Assembly: GCA_020891255.1 (NCBI GenBank)
Contig: BQFW01000002.1
Span: forward strand, 3,224,001-3,288,000
Length of the DNA: 64,000 nucleotides
Reading direction: 5' to 3'
From: Entomortierella parvispora E1425
Lineage: Eukaryota; Fungi; Mortierellomycota
Part shown: positions 48,271-60,899 of the stretch, piece by piece
Numbering within the stretch: the stretch's first letter is position 1
Layout: every line of letters begins with the position of its first letter
The notes under the pieces: model-generated
The model's database searches: none
Seen by the model: the letters and a program-made list of their open reading frames with translations, nothing else
What the model was told of the DNA's origin: nothing
Program-made: the position numbers and the translations under genes

Positions 48271-51200
48271 TCAAATCCCACCAGGTGTGGTGATCGCAAG
48301 GCCCAAAGGAGGACGCGAGGATCCAGGTGCATCCTTCAAGACGTTGCCCTCAGTGTCCTCTTTGCTGTCAGTAGCGTCCTCGGTGGTATTACTCTTCCCG
48401 CTATCGCTCTTGTTGCTTCCTCCATCTGATTCAGAGGCACTGTGGCTCTGGCTGTCGCGTCGGTCCTTGCTGTGCTCCTTGATATTGTCGACATACTCCT
48501 GTCGGAATTTAAACACTTTGTATTGCGCCGTCAGCGACGACATCACGTCCCGGTATTTCTCACGTCTGCTGGGAATCTCGGATGCGGCCCACGTCGTGGG
48601 GTCATCACTTTTGCTCTACATAGGATTTGTAAAGGCGCGCGAAAAAAAAAATCAGTATCTGAAGTCCGACAGTTGATACATGGGACACTCGATGCCATTG
48701 GGAAAACATACCACGATGGAATCCACAATGGCGCTGGGGTTCCTGAGGAATACTTCGGCATAGTGCAGCAGGTATACACCGCAATCACACAAGTTCTCCT
48801 GGCGAGGGCACTATTTTTACAGGAGATCAACCGAAATGTCAGCTTACAATGAACACAATCAAAAAATGAAGAGCAATTGGCCAGGTCATGCATACCTTGG
48901 AGTACTTTCCGACAAGCTCTTTGGAAGTTAGTGGGGCAGCAACTCCCTTGCGTGTCAATAGCTCCTGCTGAAGGTATGAACGCAATGTCTTGAACACGGT
49001 GGGATGAGCACCTCTCAAAGAATCCAAGCACAAAATGAACGGTCTATCCAAAGAAGAAACGTTCATGTTAACTATGATCGCGAAATCGCAGCGAGCATGC
49101 AGGTCGAGTAAACCGATTCTTTACCTGGTGGACGCGTTAAAATCTGGCGACGAGGCTGGCTTCGAATCTGTTGCATCCACATCCATCTCATTTCGATGTT
49201 CGGCACTAGGTGAATCCGGATCCAGAATGTGCACGTCTTCCTGATGCTCGAGAATATCAAGAGAAGTCACCTCCTCAGTGGATGATGTAGCCGCTGCGCT
49301 TTGCTCTGCTTCCTGAAGGATTAATCCTGGATTGACAATAATGGCAAGATACCAATGCAAACTAATGACACGGTTGGGAACATGATCAGATACTAGATCT
49401 CGTATTTTTGAACATTCATGTCGACGCACAAAAAGAGACTGCATACTTTTCATGAATAGGCACGATGATGTACTTCATCGAAAAAAGATCCACCTTTGAC
49501 GTCCAGCTTTTGACAGAGTCATAAGACGACATCGATCCCTTACTAAATTCCAGAATAAAAGAATAGGTAATGGTCAGTTTCCGTCATTGCAAGTCTCGAT
49601 TCAGTCATTCTTCCAGAGACATACGATGGCTTGGCGAGCAATCTCTGATAGAAAAACGAGTTGAAGATATAGACTTGTCCTGCCAATGATGCGTTCTTCA
49701 GCTCCAGATTAGAGTGGATATATCTACAGGACAATGTAAAGTAGAGTAAGTCTCAGTCCATGGACATCGTTAAAAGTTTGATCTTGAAAAGAGAAAGAAA
49801 AGCTGGATAGTCGTACTTGAGCCCAAATTCGATCAGTGTGTCGTTCAAGAACTCGCCATCGGCCAGCCTGGAGACGTCCTCTGAGCGCACTGCAATGGAT
49901 TTTGACTTTCCCAGGTTTTGGAAGGGAAACATGAAGAGCCTATGAGGGATTGTATACGATTTAGTCGGTCAAGTTGAAGCCTACAACGCAAATTCCACCA
50001 TAATGGACAGCAAAAACATACGTCTCCTCGCTCTGCTGTGACAACCGTTGAGGAGATACTCTCCTGTGGTTCATGGTTAGCAACTTTTCAGCTGCCTCAG
50101 GCCTAATAAAAAAAGAACGATCCATAAGTCTATATGATATCCTGTTGGTCGTGTATTATTCCTCCTGTTCCTTTCTGTAGGTGACTTACGTCAAACATCT
50201 AGTCTCGACGCCCTTTTCCTTCAACTTGGAGCACTGCCCAAGTACGGAGGATCCATCCTCATCGGTATAGAGCACAATCTTTCGGGCCTTTCCTGAATGT
50301 AACGTAGGGTCGTAATAGTTTGCCAAAATCGACTTTTCTGAAAGTTTGCCCCATGTCACAATCTGCATGATCCTCACTCTTGAAGCCGTATAGTACTAAT
50401 AAGACAACGTCAGCCTGATTAGCCTCATAGTTTTTTCTCTTTCCAGCAAAAAGGCCAATCCAAGAGAGTGGTTCGGTGGGTGTACCTCTACAAGCTTCAG
50501 CTCTGTGTGTAGGATGGTCGTCGTCTTTCCCCTGATCACCAAAGCAATCCGATCTGATGCAAACTCGATGGTCGTGTTGGGCGTAGCAAACTCAGTCTTG
50601 GGTCCGACTCGGACACAAGAGATTTGAATCCTGGGCCAGGGTCGAGCATTGCTGCTGTTGCTGCTGGCGCCGCTGAGGCTCGAGACGGAATCCCGTCTTC
50701 CAGAGCTGAGGGATGTGGCAGGTCCGTTGAGAAGTCTGGCACGGCTCTGTGCTGCTCCTGAAGTCGTAGGTGGAGGAGAGGGAGAAAACGCCACAGAAGG
50801 TTGAGGTGATCGAGGTGAAAACGCCTGTTGTTGAGATGGGTGTGGTGGCGATCCGAAGGAGACAACAGACTAATTAAAAAAATAAAAAAAATCCAGTACT
50901 GTCAGAAAAAACAAGGTGGATCCGTGTTTCTTTCTTCCATTGTGGTTATGGTCCATCACTGAAGTCAACATACGCTCTTTCTCCTTCCTTTTGGGGTCGT
51001 GGCCGTCAGAGGAGGAGATAGTAAAAGAGTGCTCTCGGCGTCTTTATCCACTTTTTTCTTTTTTGTCACAGGTTCTGCAGCAAACAAAAGGGAGAGAATG
51101 TGGTCCCGTTAGTATACAAAAAAACTCTCTCTTTCTCTCCTATGCACAGTGATCACTGCATCGAGCGATTGCATATCCATCCATGTTTTCTCACCCGCAA

Positions 51201-51941
51201 TGTCGTCCTGATCAATTGAGATTGAAGAGCGAGAGTCGGGAATTCTCTAAGAAAGGCGGAGTTGAGGAAAAACAAGAAGGCCCATGCATTCGTGGGGTTG
51301 GGGTCAGGTCAGCGAAACAGTATCACAGTCGATAGAATGGTTGCTTTGTCTTTTCCTCTCCCAGAATTGTGATTTTGACATACCATCCTATTGACCTCTA
51401 CATCCACTGTCTGTTCAAATCCAGGAAGAGCGCCAATAATATCATAGTCGTCCGCTATGAATGGAAGGAAGATTTGGGTTAGTTGTGGGGGAATACACCA
51501 TTTTTTTTTTTCAAAAGTTCCATTCTTTTGCTTCTCCATCCATGAGTTGAAAACCACACACCTTTATGGGCAAGGAAGGGAGGTGACTTTGAACCGAGGG
51601 AGACCAGACTGGATTTCCGTCTTGCAGCAGCGTGGCCTCCGTCCCGGAATCCGGTCATGAGAGCGCGGTTGGTGGTCTTGAGTGAAAAGTTTGAGAGGCG
51701 ACGTTCATTTTTAGGCACATCGATAGGGATACCCTTTGGTTTGGTTGTGCTATAGAGAATAGAGCATAGGGAAAGAATGACACGTTAGCGTCTCTGGTGG
51801 CAACTAGAGCCAAGTTTTGTGTTCCGTAAGAGTCGGTGCGAAGGAGAGTCGACGGGTAGAAGGAAAGCACGACTGTTGGTCGTACCTTGAGGCGGATGTA
51901 GAGGCCGAGGAGGAAGGGGCGAGGGGATGGACGGAGGTCAT
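48271..51941 (-). CDS. ULP2: SUMO-specific protease, Ulp2/SENP6-7-like (C48 peptidase)
   Basis: DGEFLNDTLIEF, YIFNSFFY, IVPIHEN|LHWYLAII (His), CLDSL (Asp), CDCGVYLLHYAEVF (Cys), with an upstream PH-like region. The 5' exons and ATG 51941 are less certain. Confidence 0.85.
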
Positions 51942-52534
51942 TGGGGTTTGGTCTGCGTCCTCGAGGGAGGAGAGGGAGCGAGAGGGGGAAGGAGAGAGAG
52001 GACTGAGGTGGGTGCGCTGCGATGGGCGGAGCAGCAAAGGATGAAGCAGGCAAACAAGAGAAATGGAGTCGAGTGAAGGTGCAAATGAGGCGACAATGGC
52101 AATGACTTTTGCATGGGAACACAGATGAATGAAGCGCATGAATGCGAGCCAGGGCGAAGCCTTTACAAGGAGACAGAGCGCAGAAAGGGATCGAGGCCGC
52201 TTTCCCCTCTCTCTTCCTGCACACCTCTCACAGGCTCTGCTGACGTTGTTTCATTTGGGCCAATCAGCGCGCTTCCTTCGGGTCCTGTGCGTGCACTGCA
52301 CTTTCGTGTTCTTTTCTGTTCTATGTATGTATCTGCTGCTCTCTTTGATGGTTTTTGTGAAAATAGGGGATCTTTATGTGAAAAAATGCGTGTAGCCTCC
52401 CCTCTCTCCTCTCTCTCCGCGCTCTCCTACTATGCTGTTGTAATGGAAGGCGCCGCACCGGCAATGGCCAGCCACAGCCCTTCCTCGTTCCGCTCTGGTG
52501 TATACTAGAAATATTATAGGCGACGCCTCTGAAC

Positions 52535-54587
52535 TTAATCGGTGGTCTCGCAGAGGGGGCACATGCACTTGAAGCGGTAGTGCTGGAAGAGCTCCTGACG
52601 ACGCTGCTCAGTCGAGAGCGAGCCGTTCTTCTGGTCGATGAATCCAACGTGGAGCTCATCGCCGGCCTTGACGTCTCTTGTGGCGACAACGGCGAGGCTG
52701 TTATTATGGTCCTGGTAGGCAACCTTGGTATTGGGCTCGCAAGAGTGCGACATGTAGGATGTGACTCTGTAGAATCCAGCTCCAACAACGGGGGCATCGT
52801 GGACACTGCGGTACTTCTCAGGGGAAGGCTATTGCCAAAAAAAACAAAAAAAAAAAAAATATTAGGAATAAAAATAATAATAAGAGAATTCATGGTCAAC
52901 ATTTCGCGATCAAGAAAAAAAACAATCACCAAACCAAAACATACCTCGACAGATCGGTTAGCATCCAAAGAGGTCGAGATACCATAGGCGTTGTAGAGCA
53001 ACTTGCCCTTCAAGGTCAAGTAGCGCTCCTCGTTGATGAACTCCTCAATACCGGGGATCTTGGAGCCAAGGGCAACCTTCAACAACTCAATCTCCTGCTC
53101 CTCAGCAGCAGAGGGACGGACCTCCAAGAAGCGGAGGCGCTCAATGTGATCAAACAAGTTGTACTCCTCGCTGCTGACAGTCTCCTCGTGAACCATGCGG
53201 ACCAAGAACTTGGCAATCATCTCTGGGTACTTGTTGTTGGTCTCCTTGGTGTAGTCGTACAACTTGCGCTCGGGTGTTGAGGCATCCTCGGAATCCTTGG
53301 TGCAAAGAACAGCGTGGAACTCGGTCGAGGCAGAACTCTCGCAGGCGGCGGAACAGAAAACAACCTTGGTGCAGTTGGCGCAAGGAACCTTGGTCTCCTC
53401 ATCGACAATCTGCTTCAAGCAGTAGTGGCAGAACTCGTTACCCTCCAATGAAGGCTCCAATGAGCTGATGATAGGGGTCTCGGAATAGATAGTCTCTCCA
53501 GCAGCAAAGTCCTTGGTGGCGATCAATCCACGACGAACAACCTTCTGTCCCTCAGCGGTAACACCCTCGGGCAACTCATCCACCTTGACGTTCATCTCCT
53601 TGGGGGGGAAGACGGTGTAGTATTTCTCCTGCTTCTTGTGGACCTATTGTGTTCAGGAATGTTTTTGCAATCGCTGTCAGTCCTAGGGCTTTCAACACCA
53701 CCATCACGGCTCCTTTTCAATGATTCCAAATGTCTCGTGGCGCCAACTTACATCCATGCTCAACATTCCCATGACGAGGGTGAAAACCTCTGGGGGAATA
53801 GTCTTCTGGTAGACCATGACCAACTCGGCGGGGGCGGGGTAGACCTTCAAGGCCTTGTAGAAGCAGATCGCGGCCATATCGTAACCCTCGGGACCTGATA
53901 CAAAACAAAAAACAAAAGCAATGGGACGAAGGTAAGTCAACATCGTTCCTGGGAAGACTTCAATCTGATCCTTTTTGGCGGGTGAATTTCTCCCGATCAG
54001 AGTTTGGCTCCGGTTTTCGAAGAGAGAAAAGGAGGGAGCCACATCCTTACCTCTGGTGAAGAGGGCTTCACCGGTCGAGAGCTGCTCCATGCAGAACTTC
54101 TCGCGCTCCTCCATACTAGTGGGGAAATCCTCCTCCTTGATACCGGCCAAAGCCTCCTCGACGCTCTGAGCGGTCTTGGTGACCTTCTTCTTCTCCTCGT
54201 CCTTGGCGGCCTTCTGAGCACGCTTCTTCTCCTTCTCTAGAAACGGCGAGGGGTAAGATTGACAAAACCGTATATAATTAGAAACCGAGTAGAGGGTCAC
54301 AGTCCAGTCGTGAACATGGCATGTTCCACCTTCCACAGAGGGCATGCAGCCAATGGGGAAGGGTGAGAATACAGTGGAGCATGTCCGGGGTCTGGTCGGA
54401 CAGGGGTAACAGAAAAAGAGCAAGGAAAAAAACAAGACACAGGGGGGGGGGAATGTCTGGGAGTCGTACTCAGTTTGCGACGGAACTCGGGATCATTTCT
54501 GCGCTTCGAGTCAAAGTAGAGAGCGTATCCAATGGTGGCGATGGCGACGGTGCCAACGGTGGCAGCGACGATGGTCGAAGTCTTCAT
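52535..54587 (-). CDS. TOM20: Tom20 (MAS20) fused to a SMYD-type SET/MYND domain (479 aa)
   Basis: Tom20: anchor plus GYALYFDSKRRNDPEFRRKL and AAICFYKALKVYPAPAELVMVYQKT. Five exons (54587-54470, 54236-54051, 53894-53752, 53643-52945, 52828-52535; 1,440 nt) join it to RRGLIATKDFAAGETI, a MYND finger, SHSCEPN, GDELHVGF and post-SET FKCMCPLC. Confidence 0.85.
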
Positions 54588-55015
54588 GGTGCGGGGATGG
54601 AGGGAAGGAGAAAGGATGCGGAAATGGCAAAAGTTGAATCTGCTGCAGTCTATGTCACAGAGTAAACAACACGTACAGCGCGGGAATGACTGTGTTCTGG
54701 TGTGTACGTGAGATCGGACCCTCGAAATGGAGATTCCTCATTTTCTCGGGATTAAATTTAATGGGCATTTTTTTTTTTTTTATTTTCGAAAGAAGCGAGG
54801 GGACATTATGGTAGCGGAGAAGGGGTACAAACGTGAAAGAAGTTTTTGGTAAATGTATAGAAAGGTATGTGAGTGTGCATGATAAAGAGATATTTTTGGG
54901 TAGACAAGGATAGAAAACAAGAAAGGGAGAAAGGGCATAAATGAAGAAAAAAACGAAACGAAAGAAAATAAAAAACGAAAATCAGTCGACAAGTCGAGGA
55001 TGTCCAGACACCCCT

Positions 55016-58000
55016 TCAAGAGACTGTGCTACGAGCAGCTTCATCATAAAGTGCCTCGAACTCAGACCCTCCAGTCCTTTGGGCTTGCATGCGCTGCTGA
55101 ATAGACTGCTGCGAGGCTTGCACTGGGGACTGTGGTGGCTGCTGGGGTGGTTGTTGAGGTGGCTGGGGAGGGGCCATGGGGGAGCTCGAGTTGGGGAATT
55201 GAGCTGGACCGTTACCCATCCTGGGAGAAGACTTGTTGAGGAGAGGTGATCCACGTGGGACCTGCATGGAGGGTGCTGGACCGGGGAGGGCTGGGGGTCC
55301 ATTGGAGAGAGGACCAGAGGACAGAGCAGGCGACGATGGCAAAGACACGTTGGGAAGAGCGGTCTTGGGAGGAGGAAGAGCATCACTAGGGAACTTTGCG
55401 CGAATGGACTCGAACATCAGAACAATCTTGGGCTCGTTGCCGTTGAAGATGTCCTTGACTGTGTATCCATCAGTGGAGATGCCAACTCGATCCATAAACT
55501 TGAACGCTGTCAACAGATTCTCCAGCATCTGGAGAGTATACGTCGCGTTAGGGATCCTCTTGTCGACCTGCTCGCCCGAAAGCTGCTCGATCAGTCTCAC
55601 GAGCACAACTCCAGACCGAAGCGACTGGGTCATGTCAGACACAGGCTCGACGGAAGTGGGCAAGTTGCGGTTGATCCATGCAACATACTTCTCTTGGGTC
55701 TGTTCAAGATGAAAAGACAGTCATTAGTGAGAAAGCACAATGAAGAGAAAAATTCAAATGACCATAGGGTTTTTCCAGAAAAAAAACCTACCCAGGAACC
55801 GTTAGGATCATTTTCCGTTTCCTCGGCATCCTGTCCGAAAGCATCCAACTCGCTATCTGGACGACCGTTCTTGCTTTGTTGTTGTTGCTGCTGGTGGTGT
55901 TGCTGTTGTTGAGACATCACAGGCTGGGACTTTTGCTTGTTGAATCCCTCTCCATCCTCATCTCTCCAAGGATCATCGTCACTGTCCAGTTTTTCCAGTT
56001 TCACAAAGCTGTTGCGTTGTTGTTGACTATTGGGAGCTTGTAATCCCTGTAAGATGGGGCTCTCGGGTAACTGTTGTCCCTGAGAGGGTTGATTCTGCTG
56101 GATAGCGTTAGGGATCGCGCTTTGGTGGACGGGAGGGCGGGGTCCGTCATAGGTGTTTGGGATGTAGTCCTCCGCATCCGATTCCTGGTCATCATAATCT
56201 AAAAGTTGTTGCTGGAATGACTTTTGTTGTTGTTGCTGTTGCTGAGAAGCTGGAGGTGTTGGCAAAGGCTGCGATTGCAATTGCTGTTGGTAGAGAAGGT
56301 CCTGCTGCTGCTGTTGCTGGAGTTGACGCTGTTGCTGATGCTGTTGTTGTTGCTGCTGTGCTTGCTGCATCTGGAAGGACTGGCCATTGGGTCCCAGTGC
56401 TCTTGGTCTCTTGGAAGGGGATGGAGGACGGGGAGCCATCTGTCGGGCGACATGCAGCGAGATCGTGGGGATGTTGCTAGAAGAAATCACGGGCGCGTTC
56501 GGATCACGGCCAATAGTGACCTTCATCAACGCCTTGAGCCAGCCCTTCATATCCGTTTCACTGTCGGTGTAAAAGAAGAAATTACGGAGGCTATCGTGAA
56601 CGGCCTTGAAGCAGTATTTGCCAGCGTAAATGTTCTCGTCCTGAATGATCTTGTAGCCAATCAAATTAATATAGTCCTTGCTAGCCTGATCCTTGGGCGA
56701 GTTCATGTAGTAGAGCGTGACGCCCTTCAGAATAAACCATCGGCTCTTCCAAGTGCGGTACGTGTCTCCGCGTTTCTTGAGCCAGCCCGAAAAGTCTGGC
56801 TTTCCGATCAACTCTAGAGAAACAACCTTATCACTGGGATCTGCCTTTCCATTGCGTTGGCGATTCGTGCTGTCAGGGTTGTGGAACTTGCGTGGCTTGG
56901 GGATGGGTTGTTGGTACGATTCGTTGCCAAAGGAGGAAGCACGCAAATCAGGGCTGGTGGGGCCGATTTGGTCCATAGGTCTTGGATACTGATCTACAGC
57001 TGGCTGACCAAATGGACGTCCTCCATAGAACCCATCATCATAATCGCCAGCGCCAGGACCTCTCTGAGATTGTTGCACCGCTGCCGAACTAGACATCTGA
57101 GTAGGCCGCGTCGTGCTTCCCCACTGATTGCGAGAGGTGTTGGCGGTGGAAGAGTAGGCAGATATGAGGCTCTGGCGATGTGCTCCTCGCAGTTCAGAAT
57201 CAACGTAGGGAACAGGGTAGTCGCCTATGCTTCCGCCGCTTGGAAGTGATCCTAACGTGTCAGAGCGGGCAGCCCGACTTTGCGAGTCATAATCGGATTG
57301 GTGCTGCATTTGCTGGCGCATTGGGGGAGACTGAAGACTAGCAGGCGGCTGTGGTGGAAGCGAAATAGGTGCACTTCTTGGGTCCTGGAATCCCTGGCGA
57401 GGATCGCGCATGTAGTCGTTACGCAAGTCATACGTGGGTGCCCCAGTAGGAATGTTGATGGGGGCCGATGCCATACGGGGAGGGATGTTCGGTCCTTGTC
57501 CCGAGGGATAAATTGGTCCCATTGAGTTGGATAGAGTGCCATATGGGCTCTTGGGTCCCTTGGTGCTTTGTTTCAAGGAAGTGATGGCGTTCATGATGTT
57601 GAACCGCTTTCCGAACGAGTTGATCTCCAATTCCTTTAAGTTGTTCAGATTCAGCTCCAAGAGGATAGCTCCCGAGATCTCGTTATCTACAGTGAAGAAG
57701 GAAAGTCAGTATTGCTGGTCTCTCCTGGCAACTCGATCGTCATTGTGTCATGCTGCTGAATCTTACCGACGAAACTGGGAGCAACGTTGCCAAAGCCGCA
57801 GAATTCAAGCCAGTAAGCAACTTGATCAATGGACCAAAGAGACGGGTGACCAGCCAGCTGGGGATCGCCGAGACTATCCTCTACGCTTCGAGCAATAAGT
57901 TTGCTGTTGGGCGCAGTGCCGGATGTACCATTCCTAATAGAGCCTCCATATCCGCCACGCACTGAGCCTGCAGGAGGGCTGGCGATTGCTGGGTTCTGGT

Positions 58001-59412
58001 GAATATGCATGTTGTTCATGACAGTGCTCAGGGTCTGACCGCTCTGCTGCATCTGAGAACGAGTGTCGATGTTGCTCTTGCTGTTAAAGTTTCCGTTAAC
58101 GTTGTTGCCGACTTGTTGCTGGATATGGTTGGCAATATGATTCAGGTTGGAACTTGTGTTCGTTGAGCTGGCTCCGAAAGTACCATTGGCGTCAACTGGC
58201 CGACTCTCAGCCCCTCCATATCCATTAGCATGCAGGGCTGATTGAGTACTGCTCACAGTCTGTTCTGGTGGTTCTAGAAAAGTGTGAGGCAAAAAAGAGA
58301 GAGGAAGAGTGCGAGAGAGAGATAGGGATATTAGACATTCATGTCGCAAAGGGGCATACAAACGGCGTTCTTCCTGTGCACTTCTACTCCTCTCCCCTTC
58401 TCCTTGTCCCAAGAGAAGAGCAGGATGAATGATGATGCTCATTGCTCTCGCTCTACACTATGTTGATCACTGCCACCCAATCCTTCGCATCATTCAGCCC
58501 TCTTTTTTGGTGTAGTATCCACACTCCAAACATGAATTCCGTCAGTCTGCATCTCTCTCTCTCTCTCTTTTTTTTTTTTCATCGGGCAGCTGGGTTGAAT
58601 TTTTGTGCTCGAGCTCTCAGGAGCACAAACAATATTTTCTTCTGTTCTTTCTCCTCCACTTCTGCGAGGGGTTTGTCCTCCTGTTGTATTCAGAGTCGAC
58701 CTACTTTGAACTGTATAGTTCTTTGAGAACAACAAGAAAGTAGAGATGACGATAAAAAGTCAGCTTTGAAGTGCTCCTTTTGGGGATGTCGCTTAGGATC
58801 AAATCAACCGCACTCCAGCAATGCAACGTACCTGGGGAAACAATCCAGTCTGTCCTCGAACATTGGTACCCTATAGAGAAGGGAAAGTGTGTTAGCAGTG
58901 AGCAATTGATGTCAATGGTTTCTCTTCGACACGCACACACGCACACATGCACACACAGGCATGGACTGTGTCCTTTCAAAGTTTTCGCTGAAAGAATATG
59001 CTCATTCTGACATGTGTGACCAATTGTTGGATGAAAAATAATGTTGTCCAGGTGTTGTACTGGGCGTTGCTCCTTGTCATCCACAAGGAGCAACGCCCAG
59101 AAGAACGCGACCGTTGGCGGTCAGTCAGCAGACAGGGCAGATAGGCATTCATACAACCAAGTGCATAAAAAAGCAACACCGGTGCTCAAATCTCGCTTTT
59201 CCCCAGTGATTGAGCAATCCTGTTGCCGTTCGGGCATATAAAACTCTTTCAAAAATAAAAAGCAAAAAAGTAGTGAACTGGCTTACCTCCCACCATCCGT
59301 CCTGGTAAAGCTCGTCCTTTTGAACAATGATAATAGGTTCGCCGATGTGGAAAGTGATCTCGTCCTCGGCCTCAGCCTCAAAGTTGTGAATGGCCCACAC
59401 AGTCTCGGGCAT
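55016..59412 (-). CDS. Boi1/Boi2/Pob1-like polarity scaffold (SH3-SAM-PH) with C-terminal calponin-homology domain
   Basis: SH3: VWAIHNFEAEAEDEITF...DGWWE. SAM: WSIDQVAYWL...ISGAILLELNLNNLKELEINSFGKRFNI. PH: FSGWLKKRGDTYRTWKSRWFILKG...WLKALMK. CH: YVAWINRNL...SLRSGVVLVRLIEQLSG...DIFNGNEPKIVLMFESI. Confidence 0.85.
56221..56365 (-). repeat. Coding CAG/CAA polyglutamine tracts
   Basis: QQAQQQQQQHQQQRQLQQQQQQ...QQQQQQQ within the Boi-like ORF. Confidence 0.85.
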
Positions 59413-60006
59413 TGTCGAGATAAGGTGCGCTCGATCCGGTCTGTTGTTAGAAAAGAGGGGGGGATGTTAACAGGGACTCAAGTGTAAGAGAGAGCACGTC
59501 GGATAGTTTCCGGAGGATAAAGGTAATAAAGGTAATCAAGTCAAAAGGTGAATGAGCAATGGCAGAATGGCAATGCAGAAAAGGTGAAGGTGGTAGAGTA
59601 ACAAGAGTTGAGTTGAGAAAAGAACACGGTTGTTGTTGTGCACCAGAGAGAAGGACGGGATAGTTCTAGGGGTCCGAGAGTAGTCGGGATGCAATCGGTT
59701 TGCCTTCCTCGTTGTCTGCGTGAGAGTGGTTGCTCTTGAGCTGACGTTCAGCCAGGCTGAGGTCAGTTGGGGAGGAGGGGCGTGAGGTGGGAGTGTTGGG
59801 TATGGAAAGAGGAGAAGGAGGAGAACTGGTTGCGGGTCTCCTGGGCTGAGGACAGGAAAAAAGAAAAAGGAATCAAAGAGAATGCGATGACCAACCTCGA
59901 GGAGGGTGAATGAACTTTTGTCGAGGAAAGAGAAAAGGAAGTAGGACAAGGACGAGCGAAAGGAGAGAAGGAAGAAGGGCGGCAGTAGCAAAGAGTCGAG
60001 AAAGAT

Positions 60007-60039
<33 letters not shown>
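60007..60039 (+). repeat. Poly-G homopolymer (33 nt)
   Basis: Uninterrupted G run between the divergent Boi-like and RAD52 genes. Confidence 0.85.
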
Positions 60040-60040
<1 letters not shown>

Positions 60041-60899
60041 GAAGAAGGAAAGAGAGAGCACCGGCGGGGCAAAGGCACCAGGACCGTACGGACGACGTTG
60101 GGATAAATGCGTTGAGCTGAGTGCGGATTGTTATAATTTGGCGGCAGATTTCCCTTTCCTCTCGTACCTTCATCTGCTGGTCGTCTGCGAGTCGCCAGGT
60201 CTTTGATTTTCTCGGCTGGCCAACCAGGGAACCTTTGGCTCCTTTGGTTCTTGTCTCTTCGCACCTGCTGATGACCCGTCTCCTTGGGCTGCGTGCTTGC
60301 TCGCGGCTTCGCTTGCAGATTGCATCGCTATCGTCGGGCAAAAGACAAGAAGGGAGGCATCCTTCTTCCTCTGCCCAGGCTCAGCTTCGCGAGCCATTGG
60401 AAAGACGGAAAGGAGAAACAAAAGAAAACAAAAAAGCCAGAAAGACACGGAACACAAACAGCAAAGTTAATTCAACCCAAAAACCGACTCTTTGTCCTTT
60501 CGCTCTGCGTCCTTCTCCTGCGTGTTCTCGTCCATGGCCGAAACTTGCGGAGGTGCAAACAAGAGGGAAGACTACCCGCCAACCCGCTCACTTCCGCACC
60601 TCCCTCACACAGCCAGTCTCTTGTCTGCGACGCAGGGTGATCTTCGACCGCAGCATCTTTCGGGGCTGTTCGCTTGGACCCTGTCTTGTCTCTCAGTCAA
60701 AATTGGTGGCGTTGTCAAACCAGCCTGCCACTCCTTCAAGTCACGTGCATGATCTGTTCAGTCAAAAAAAAAAAAAAAAAGAACGCGATCAATGCATCGC
60801 TCCACTCTTCGTTCCTTTCGTTCCCTCTTTCCATTTCCATCTGCCCTTGCACACACTGCACCCCCTCTCCACTCCCTTAATTCCACACTGGAGAAACTC

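Noticed and set aside
59536-60341. Poly-proline and poly-glycine ORFs of 190-240 aa
   Set aside because: They are produced by the G33 run and purine-rich promoter sequence, with no domain or splice support.
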